From an uncultured Hyphomicrobiales bacterium (GTDB lineage Bacteria > Bacteroidota > Ignavibacteria > Kapaibacteriales > UBA2268): DNA of 64,000 nt. The stretch is taken from positions 158,645 through 222,644 of the forward strand of contig CAZXYS010000001.1 of the NCBI GenBank assembly GCA_964645005.1, given 5' to 3'. The position numbers and the translations under genes are program-made. The stretch's first letter is position 1. Every line of letters begins with the position of its first letter. The notes below the pieces were generated by a model, which was not told where the DNA came from, did no database searches, and saw only the letters and a list, made by a program, of their open reading frames with translations. This document shows, one piece after another, positions 57,001 through 64,000 of this stretch.

Positions 57001-58471
57001 CAATTACAGGAAAATCCAGGATACGGTCAAAGATCCCGAGGATAAGGATTTCGTCCTGGCGACCTGCTCAATTGCCGACGACTGGGTGTATTTCAACAGT
57101 TCCGAAGGAGAGAGCCTTAAGATAACCGATCCGAAAATCAAAGTGCTGATCCCATCGATGGGCGATCTGGCAGCGCCGATGTTTGCCGCGGCAATGCGCA
57201 ATTTCGGCATCAACGCCGAAGCCCTGCCCGAAGCTAACTGGGATATTCTCAAATATGCACGCGCTAATTCAACAGGAAAGGAATGTCTGCCGCTGCTGCT
57301 GCTGGCGGGGTCGCTTGTGGATTACATGGAAAATCGCTGGGACGGTCAGGAATACGTAGCTCTGTTTAACGTGCAGGGCGGCGGGAATTGCCGGCTTGGT
57401 CAATATCCGCCATTTTTGCGAGATTTGATCAGAAATAAAAGATATCGCAATGTCGCAACTTTCGAACTAATGAATGATGACGGCTTCACAGGCTTGGGAC
57501 CGGATTTTGCCAAATATGCCATTCAAAATCTGTTGATAAGCGATGTCCTCGACGACGTCCGCAGCGCTATCATGGCTAATGCCGTCGATCCCGAGGAAGG
57601 TCTTAAAGTATTTTATGAAGAGTATAACAAGGTTGTTCAAACAATGGTCGAAGATCAGGATAAAGTATTCGGGCAGCTTGAACGGATGGCTAAGCGGCTG
57701 CGCAGCGATGTTCCCGCTCGCATACCTATTGAAGAATCGAAATATATTGCATTGGTTGGCGAGATATACGTCCGGCGCGATGGCTTCTCGCACAAGTGGC
57801 TGAACAAGGAATTTGCAAAGAAGGGCTTTGTCATAAAAGATGCCTACATTGCTGAATGGATCTTCTACGTTGATTATCTCCTGCAGATCAATCTGCTGGA
57901 AGCGGATAAGTCTCTTAAAATGTGCTACGAGCAGAAGATTCGCAGCATGTTCATGCGCAGCGCCGAAAAGAAAATCAAAAAAATCATGGAAAAAAGCGGT
58001 TGGTATGAGTACATGCCGATAGAAGTCGAACCGCTGCTGGAAGCAAGCAAACACATTTTACCTTTAGAATACAAAGGGGAACCGGGCATAACTCTGGGCG
58101 TTTCATTGCACGAGACGCTAACTCATTATTGCGGAGTGATAAACATTGGTCCGTTTGGTTGTATGCCGACGCGCCTGTCGGAAGCTATCACCATTCCGAA
58201 TATGACCGTCAACGATAAAATAAACGCCGAACGCCGTAGGGATCCCAAATACAACCTTTCCGAAGTATTCAACGGCAATATGACAATACCATACTTATCG
58301 ATCGAAACGGACGGCAACGTATATCCGCAGATAACCGAAGCGCGCCTCGAGACTTTCACTTTGCAATGTGAGCGCGTCGCCGGACTTATGAAGAAAGCTA
58401 AGATGAAGAACGGGAAAAACGGTGATGGCAAATTCCAGCCGTTTAAGGTAATAGAGAAGGCATTTAAATAA
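54098..58471 (+). CDS. fused CoA-substrate-specific enzyme activase (double BadF/BadG/BcrA/BcrD-type ATPase) / 2-hydroxyacyl-CoA dehydratase-component-like protein
   Basis: Two ASKHA-type ATPase modules (VGVCLGASTVSFVL...; ILGLDVGSTTTKAVVI...GIGATGSGRQ) are followed by about 900 aa with conserved Cys clusters (FICRGGKEKCDRKC; CSTCVFVCAEPY; FSCGPDS), as in the DUF2229/HgdB-BcrC-like regions of large 'CoA enzyme activase' fusion proteins. 1457 aa. Confidence 0.6.
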   Translation: MKKTVGVCLGASTVSFVLVSGTENGDLNIEKHLSVKHDGDPKGTFLENLKKFNPDKLPTVVTGRKFRNIVTLDNISEPEATELAFNHIKNKDDKYDAIASLGGETFMVYTLDDESKISGVYTKNQCASGTGEFFLQQIKRMDLSVSETLDISQNAEPHKVSGRCSVFCKSDCTHALNKGTPKSEVTAGLALMIAEKIEELLKKVHGGRYLVIGGVTQNTVVMKFLREMFTQVEVPEEATYFEAFGAAIYGLKKRTKNFESFDNILVEKESSFTFLQPLSKYSDMVKYETMEKGKAHDGDRCILGLDVGSTTTKAVVIRTEDNSILGSVYLYTNGNPVRASRQCYEELLKQIPEKINIVGLGATGSGRQIAGLHALTDGVINEIVAHATAAVYFDSEVDTIFEIGGQDAKYTYIINKVPADYAMNEACSAGTGSFIEESAYESLGIKVTDIEKIAMKGQAPPNFSDQCAAFISSDIKTALQEDIRKEDIVAGLVYSICMNYVNRVKGNRQVGKKIFMQGGVSYNKAVPVAMAALTDKEIIVPPEPGLMGAFGVALEVKEKMELGFIKEKHFDLAELAARDVNYKKSFICRGGKEKCDRKCVINNIEVNGKKYPFGGACNRYYNLRYHRKDIATEEYDWVKRRQQITFEKYAPQVDLPEDAPTVGINLSFHTYTLYPLYYNFFTKLGFRVILPDDLDEDALERELTSFCFPAQISLCTFQNLLAKNPDYIWVPHLSELYVNDEEEYRIDFCSTCVFVCAEPYFLKQAFKDYQLDGRMIHPNLIMASGYDSEQDKFVESAKQMGITNEEKIREAHRFAAELQIQYQDELFEIGEDFLKFLEENPDEFAMVLVGRPYNAFTDFANKGIPRKFASRGIHVLPYDIFDYRDESVDDNMYWEGGKKILKVAKVIKRHPQLFATYVSNFSCGPDSLIVPKFRKIMGTKPSLTLELDSHSADAGINTRIDAALDIIRNYRKIQDTVKDPEDKDFVLATCSIADDWVYFNSSEGESLKITDPKIKVLIPSMGDLAAPMFAAAMRNFGINAEALPEANWDILKYARANSTGKECLPLLLLAGSLVDYMENRWDGQEYVALFNVQGGGNCRLGQYPPFLRDLIRNKRYRNVATFELMNDDGFTGLGPDFAKYAIQNLLISDVLDDVRSAIMANAVDPEEGLKVFYEEYNKVVQTMVEDQDKVFGQLERMAKRLRSDVPARIPIEESKYIALVGEIYVRRDGFSHKWLNKEFAKKGFVIKDAYIAEWIFYVDYLLQINLLEADKSLKMCYEQKIRSMFMRSAEKKIKKIMEKSGWYEYMPIEVEPLLEASKHILPLEYKGEPGITLGVSLHETLTHYCGVINIGPFGCMPTRLSEAITIPNMTVNDKINAERRRDPKYNLSEVFNGNMTIPYLSIETDGNVYPQITEARLETFTLQCERVAGLMKKAKMKNGKNGDGKFQPFKVIEKAFK

Positions 58472-58481
58472 AATGATTTAA

Positions 58482-61400
58482 TTGTCAAAAATAAAAATTT
58501 ATTATTTTTGGAAAATGGATAATTCCGAAAATAAAAATATGAATTCCTCGGAAAATACCATACAATCCATTGCTCATGCGATTGTTGATGAAACTTCCGA
58601 AGTGATGAAGACCGCCCAATCCGAGGAAGATCTAGGGATAGCTTTTGAAAAAATACTTGGTATTCACCTTCAGCAGCTTGGCTTAAAAACTTACCCCAAA
58701 TATGAGAAAACTATCTTCGAAGCAGGGAAGAGATCAGATGCCCTGCACGGTCAAATCATTATAGAATATGAAAAGCCGCGATCACTACAATCTAAGGGCA
58801 GAGTTGATCATGCTTTCGAACAGCTTGCAGGGTACATTTCCGGCGAAGCCGAAGCTAACAAAGATGTACTGGATATATCGAAACCAAAATATATCGGTGT
58901 CGGCTTTGACGGCGGGCAAATCTTTTTTGTTCGTTATAAGGGGCAAATTGACAGTGATAAAAATAAGATAGATAGATCGGAATTTGTTCTGGCGGGACCT
59001 TTTAATTTCGATCATGAAAGCGCCCGCACACTGTTGACTTATTTCAGAGCTCTGACTAAATTCCTGCTTACGCCGGAGAATTTGGCAGAGAGATTTGGAC
59101 CTTCCGGCAAAATAGCGCCGGTTATGGTTACCGCATTTACGGATGCGATTCAAAATTGGAGCGACCGTAAGATCAAAGTTTTCTTTGATGAATGGAAGCG
59201 GCTTTTTGGAATAGTTTACGGTGAGCATTTTAATAATAATTCGCAAAAAGATCTCGAAACACTTAACAAGCTCTATAATATCAAGAAAGATGTAGGATTC
59301 CAGGAATTACTCTTTTGCATACATACGTATTTTGCCCTTTTGATGAAGTTAATAGCTGCGGATCTGCTGGCTTTGAAAGACAGCACTCTGACTTCGTTGT
59401 ACAGCCAGAAACTGGTACACCTTTCGGAATCAGACCTTAAACGACAGCTTTATGACATTGAGCAGGGCGGAATTTTTGCCAAAAGGGGGATATCCAATTT
59501 TCTTGAAGGCGACTTTTTCAGTTGGTATCTGAATGCTTTTTCATCGCCGCGTTTGCAGGAAGGGCTTCGCGAAATGATTAGAGCTTTGTCGAATTTTGAG
59601 CCCGCGACATCGCTTATAACGCCTGAAACAACAGTCGATCTTCTGAAAAAGCTCTATCAGTATCTCGTTCCCAAAGAAGTCAGGCACAGATTGGGCGAGT
59701 ATTATTCGCCTGATTGGCTGGCGGAATTGACTTTAAATGAATTGGGATATGAGGGAAAAACAACTAAACGGCTATTGGATCCCGCCTGCGGTTCCGGTAC
59801 TTTTTTAGCGCTTGCAATTCAAAAAGCCAAGGAATCCGACAAAAAGCAAAATAACAAACGTATTGAAACGGCAAAACAAATCGTTAATAATATATGGGGC
59901 TTCGATTTAAATCCGCTCGCAATAATAGCATCCAGAACAAACTACCTGTTTGCAATGGGGGAACTTATAGAGGAATTGGACGAGGTGGAAATACCGGTAT
60001 ATCTTGCCGATTCCGTCCTTTGCCCCGAGCGCACAAGCGGTCAGATGGAAATAGCACCTGCTTACGGTAAACACATAAAAATGCACACCTCGGTTGGCAG
60101 TTTTCATGTTCCTTATATATGGATCAAGGATAACGGTATTCTTCTGAAAAGGGCGGCGCCTCTGATTGAGTGGTTAGTTAAAGATCAGTTTGAAAGCGAA
60201 ATAGCGTTAAAGCATTTGAAAGAAGCAGGCTGCGCCTATCCGCCTCATGAGAAGACTGTCGAGCATTTTTACAATGAAATTCTAGAGCTGGAAAAAGGCG
60301 ACAAAAACGGCATCTGGGCACGATTTTTGAAAAATGTATTTGCGCCGATAATGGCAGGAAAATTCGATTACATAGCGGGCAATCCGCCCTGGATAAGATG
60401 GGGCTATTTAGCCAGGGAATACCGTAATGCTACTCTGAATCTATGGAAAAACTACGGTTTATTTTCTCTTAAAGGGTTCGAAGCGCGTCTGGGCGGCGGC
60501 GAAAAGGATTTTTCCATGCTGTTTGTTTATTCGGTAACTGACAATTTCCTTAAAAATGGCGGTAAGCTCGGTTTTCTGATAACACAGGAAGTATTCAAAT
60601 CAAAAGGCGCCGGCGAGGGTTTCAGGAAGTTTTACTATGGTGATAATGATAAAAGAACATATCTGAAAGTATTGAAGGCTCATGATTTCGTATCGTTGCA
60701 GCCTTTTGAGGGCGCCGCAAATAAAAGCGCTGCTATCTTCCTGAAAAAAGGTGAAAAGACAAAATATCCGGTGCCATACTATGTTTGGTCAAAGAAAAAA
60801 GGCGCAGGCAGAATTCAACCGAATATGCCCGCAAAAGAGACATCAATAAAATTGAAGAAACGCAAGCTGCTTGCCAGACCGATAGGTAAATTATCAGGTT
60901 CATGGCAAACACTGACTTTAAAACAAAAGAATTTGAAAAAAATATCCGGCGAGAATTATTATAAAGCAAGACTGGGTGCTCGAGTTGAGCCTTACGGAGT
61001 CTTTTGGATAAATATACAACAGACATTCAAGGATGATACTGCCATAGTCAATAATCTTTATAACAGAGGAAAAAGAGAGGTTTTTTCTGTTACGGAAAGG
61101 ATTGAAACTGACCTTATTTACCCGATTGTAAGCGGCAGAGATGTAGGAAGGTGGGGCGCTATTCCCAAACACTATGTAGTATTACCGCAGGATACCGAAA
61201 AGCGCGAGCCCTATCCCGAAAAATATATGAAGGAAAATTACCCGAGGACTTTCAACTACCTGACTAATTTCAAAGAGATACTATTATCGAGGGGTTCGAA
61301 GACAGTGCGAAATCTTGCTGAGAGAACCGCTTTTTATGCAATGTTTGGGATAGGGGAATACACAGTTGCCAGATACAAAGTCGTCTGGAAGAGAATGGCA

Positions 61401-61772
61401 CAGGATATATACGCATCAGTAATATCGCAATATAAGACGCCGTTTGGATATAAAACTGTTGTTCCGACGGATACAACGTCGCTGTTTGCAACACAAAATC
61501 TCGAGGAAGCGCATTATCTCTGCGCAATTATTAATTCTGAGACTGTCAGAGAATTCGTAAAATCTTATTCATCTGGCGGCAGGGGATTCGGCGTGCCATC
61601 GATAATGAAGCATATAGGCATTCCGAAATTTGAGGAAGATAATGGAATCCATACTCAATTATCCGAAATATCAAGTAAGTTGCATAAATTTAAACAAGAA
61701 AGAAACGATAAGGATATTCCTGATTTGGAAAACGAAACAAATACATTAGTTAAGAAAATTTTTGAGTTGTAA
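58482..61772 (+). CDS. large gamma-class N6-adenine DNA methyltransferase, single-chain type IIG/IIL (MmeI/Eco57I-like) restriction-modification candidate
   Basis: Motif I LLDPACGSGTFL at about aa 450 comes before motif IV IAGNPPW at about aa 650, which is the gamma-class order. An N-terminal domain of about 400 aa carries a D-x8-E-x-E-K segment (KRSDALHGQIIIEYEKP) reminiscent of an MmeI-type nuclease motif. A C-terminal TRD-sized region of about 400 aa follows. The track start is TTG at 58482; the ATG at 58515 with GGAAAA upstream is an alternative. No separate R or S genes are adjacent. Confidence 0.65.
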   Translation: MSKIKIYYFWKMDNSENKNMNSSENTIQSIAHAIVDETSEVMKTAQSEEDLGIAFEKILGIHLQQLGLKTYPKYEKTIFEAGKRSDALHGQIIIEYEKPRSLQSKGRVDHAFEQLAGYISGEAEANKDVLDISKPKYIGVGFDGGQIFFVRYKGQIDSDKNKIDRSEFVLAGPFNFDHESARTLLTYFRALTKFLLTPENLAERFGPSGKIAPVMVTAFTDAIQNWSDRKIKVFFDEWKRLFGIVYGEHFNNNSQKDLETLNKLYNIKKDVGFQELLFCIHTYFALLMKLIAADLLALKDSTLTSLYSQKLVHLSESDLKRQLYDIEQGGIFAKRGISNFLEGDFFSWYLNAFSSPRLQEGLREMIRALSNFEPATSLITPETTVDLLKKLYQYLVPKEVRHRLGEYYSPDWLAELTLNELGYEGKTTKRLLDPACGSGTFLALAIQKAKESDKKQNNKRIETAKQIVNNIWGFDLNPLAIIASRTNYLFAMGELIEELDEVEIPVYLADSVLCPERTSGQMEIAPAYGKHIKMHTSVGSFHVPYIWIKDNGILLKRAAPLIEWLVKDQFESEIALKHLKEAGCAYPPHEKTVEHFYNEILELEKGDKNGIWARFLKNVFAPIMAGKFDYIAGNPPWIRWGYLAREYRNATLNLWKNYGLFSLKGFEARLGGGEKDFSMLFVYSVTDNFLKNGGKLGFLITQEVFKSKGAGEGFRKFYYGDNDKRTYLKVLKAHDFVSLQPFEGAANKSAAIFLKKGEKTKYPVPYYVWSKKKGAGRIQPNMPAKETSIKLKKRKLLARPIGKLSGSWQTLTLKQKNLKKISGENYYKARLGARVEPYGVFWINIQQTFKDDTAIVNNLYNRGKREVFSVTERIETDLIYPIVSGRDVGRWGAIPKHYVVLPQDTEKREPYPEKYMKENYPRTFNYLTNFKEILLSRGSKTVRNLAERTAFYAMFGIGEYTVARYKVVWKRMAQDIYASVISQYKTPFGYKTVVPTDTTSLFATQNLEEAHYLCAIINSETVREFVKSYSSGGRGFGVPSIMKHIGIPKFEEDNGIHTQLSEISSKLHKFKQERNDKDIPDLENETNTLVKKIFEL

Positions 61773-61929
61773 ATTGAATTGAATGCCTAATTCCCTTTAA
61801 AAATTAATTACTGTTACCTAATATTCCTTACTTATTACCAGAATTTCTTCCAACTTTTGCTAACAAAATTCGTAATATTATGAGTTATAGTTTCAAATTC
61901 TGTTAATAACTTAACTTACGGAGTAAATT

Positions 61930-64000
61930 ATGAAATTATCTTTATATTTTGGATTGATCTTTCTAATGTCGATTTCATTAAAGGCTAGAACTGATTTTAA
62001 TCCACCGGAAACAAAGAAAGAACCTGTTTTGGATACAATGCACGGTTTTGAATTTACAGATTATTACCGCTGGCTTGAAGATAAAGATGATCCTAAAGTT
62101 AAAACTTGGTCTCATGCTCAACATGAATATACAATCGATTATATTAATAAAACAACTAAAGAGATACCCGGGCTTCGGGATGAAATCAAAGTTTATCTAG
62201 ACCGCGACTATAAAAGTGCGCCTTTTTATGAAGGTGAAAGGCTTTTCTTTTATGCTCGGAAGAAAGGTGAGCAACAAAATAAGCTTTATACTGTTATCGA
62301 TGGAAAGGAAAAAATAATCTTCGACCCTGAGGAAATTGATACTTCCGGCAAATCGGCAATAACAGGAGCAGATTTCACTGAAGATGGGGAAAAGGCAGCT
62401 ATCGGAGTGCAGCATGCCGGTAATGAGATTAGTGATTACAGGATAGTTGATACCAGAAAAGGAGAAATACTTGGAGAAGTTATTGAAGATCTGGGTGGTT
62501 TTTCATGGACGAAAGATGAAAAGCATGCTTATGTTGTTCAGCGAACGCAGGATATGATCGACAAACAAATTCCATTGAAGACTTATCTCCATAAAGTAGG
62601 TGATGACAGGGATAACGACAAGTTCTTGGCTCAACCAGAGGATGCAAAGGATTTTATATCAATCTGGGATTCCGAAGAAGCTGATGTAACTTTCTTTTCC
62701 GAAGGAGATTTCCGGTCAAATACTTTGAAAATAAGTGAAGCCGGTATCATGGATGAATCAAAAACAATTTACAGCAGCAAGAAATTCACAGCAAATCCCG
62801 AAGTTAAAAATGGTAAAATTTATTTTTACACAAATCATAAAGCTCCGAATTATAAAATAATGGTTGCGGATCTCGATAATCCGAAATTTGAGAATTGGGA
62901 AGTGTTCTACCCGGAGAAAGAGACAGTGCTGGAAGGTTTTTCAATTACTTCCGATTACGTTATAGTTAGATATAAAGAAGATGTACTTAGTCATCTGCAG
63001 GCTTATGATATGGAAGGGCACCTGGTTAAGGATATTGAACTCCCTGAAGCAGCAAATGTATCGGGTATGAGATACCATAAGGAATCAAATACGGTCTTTG
63101 TTTCCCTGAGTACTTTCACTAACTCTGCCAAAGTGTATAAACTTGACGGTAAAACACTTAAGTGGGAGTTTTTCTATAAGGATGACCCGCCTATTGATAC
63201 AAAAGGTATTGAGTCTAAGCTGGTGTTCTATTATTCCAAAGACAGTACATGTGTACCCATATTTATTGTACATAAAAAGGGAATTAAGTTAGACGGCAGT
63301 AATCCTGTTCTACTTTATGGCTACGGTGGTTTTAACTATGGGATGAAACCTCACTTTCTCGGAACTACAGCTGCATTTGTCAATCGGGGTGGTATTTATG
63401 CTATAGCTTGTCTTCGTGGTGGTAATGAGTACGGTGAAAATTGGCATAAGGAAGGTATGATGTATAAAAAACAAAATACGTTTGATGATTTCATTGCCGC
63501 AGCGGAGTTTCTTGTCAATGAGAATTATACTAACTATGACAAACTCGCTATCAAAGGCGGCAGTAATGGTGGACTGCTCGTTGGGGCTGTTATCACTCAA
63601 AGACCGGATATATGCGAAACGGCAATTTGCGCTGTACCATTACTCGACATGCTGCGCTATCATAAGTTTCTTATTGCACGATACTGGATACCTGAATATG
63701 GCGACCCTGATAGGAGAAAGGACTTTTTCAATTTACTTGAATATTCCCCATATCACAATATCAGCAAGGGGTACAACTATCCAACTATGCTGGTCAAAGC
63801 GGGCGAAAACGATTCCCGCGTGGATGCGTTGCACGCAAAGAAATTTGCAGCAGCTTTGCAGAATCATCCCTCGCAGAAAAATCCTGTTATGCTATTCATA
63901 GATTTTGAGAGTGGGCATGGTTCAGGGCAGTCAATTGATCAGCTTGTGGATAATATTGAATTGGAATGGAGATTCCTTATGAATGAACTGGAAATGACTA
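61930..64000 (+). CDS. prolyl oligopeptidase (S9A family), 3' end beyond window
   Basis: ATG at about 61930 with GGAG upstream, a signal peptide and an open frame to the window end. An N-terminal beta-propeller region is followed by the S9 catalytic domain (GGSNGGLLVGAVITQRPD carries the GGSNGG nucleophile motif; the Asp/His region is ENDSRVDALHAKKF). Confidence 0.7.
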   Translation, partial: MKLSLYFGLIFLMSISLKARTDFNPPETKKEPVLDTMHGFEFTDYYRWLEDKDDPKVKTWSHAQHEYTIDYINKTTKEIPGLRDEIKVYLDRDYKSAPFYEGERLFFYARKKGEQQNKLYTVIDGKEKIIFDPEEIDTSGKSAITGADFTEDGEKAAIGVQHAGNEISDYRIVDTRKGEILGEVIEDLGGFSWTKDEKHAYVVQRTQDMIDKQIPLKTYLHKVGDDRDNDKFLAQPEDAKDFISIWDSEEADVTFFSEGDFRSNTLKISEAGIMDESKTIYSSKKFTANPEVKNGKIYFYTNHKAPNYKIMVADLDNPKFENWEVFYPEKETVLEGFSITSDYVIVRYKEDVLSHLQAYDMEGHLVKDIELPEAANVSGMRYHKESNTVFVSLSTFTNSAKVYKLDGKTLKWEFFYKDDPPIDTKGIESKLVFYYSKDSTCVPIFIVHKKGIKLDGSNPVLLYGYGGFNYGMKPHFLGTTAAFVNRGGIYAIACLRGGNEYGENWHKEGMMYKKQNTFDDFIAAAEFLVNENYTNYDKLAIKGGSNGGLLVGAVITQRPDICETAICAVPLLDMLRYHKFLIARYWIPEYGDPDRRKDFFNLLEYSPYHNISKGYNYPTMLVKAGENDSRVDALHAKKFAAALQNHPSQKNPVMLFIDFESGHGSGQSIDQLVDNIELEWRFLMNELEMT

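Overview
The window is a 64-kb chromosomal segment from an FCB-superphylum-like bacterium (Bacteroidota, Cloacimonadota, Fibrobacterota or similar). The evidence for this is several large secreted proteins with the conserved C-terminal T9SS sorting domain, a giant SprA/Sov-like outer-membrane protein, a BatA-C-D-E aerotolerance-type gene cluster, and TTG start codons. Background GC is about 40-42%, with clear compositional outliers.

Identifiable content:
- A tRNA-Glu.
- An AT-rich islet carrying an overlapping Panacea-like / SAMHD1-like HD dNTPase gene pair.
- asnS.
- A partial bat operon.
- A 1467-aa T9SS cargo protein, divergent from a 2316-aa SprA-like gene.
- glf plus a Wzx-type flippase.
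- A T9SS-secreted S8 peptidase.
- nadB.
- An S1-domain protein with an acidic tail.
- rpsF-rplI.
- Two GT2 glycosyltransferases.
- A MATE transporter.
- A Rossmann-domain protein followed by two tandem giant paralogous T9SS cargo genes, the second freshly pseudogenised.
- A GC-rich block with HIT, kdsD/kpsF and a rodZ-like gene.
- A 1457-aa fused BadF/BcrA-type activase / dehydratase-component protein.
- A roughly 1090-aa single-chain gamma-class N6-adenine methyltransferase (MmeI-like type IIG/IIL candidate).
- A partial prolyl oligopeptidase.

No CRISPR array, integrase, transposase or reverse transcriptase was seen. Several structured intergenic repeats are present.

Hand-derived coordinates (tRNA, repeats, terminators) may be off by 1-2 nt. 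CDS coordinates follow the supplied ORF track.
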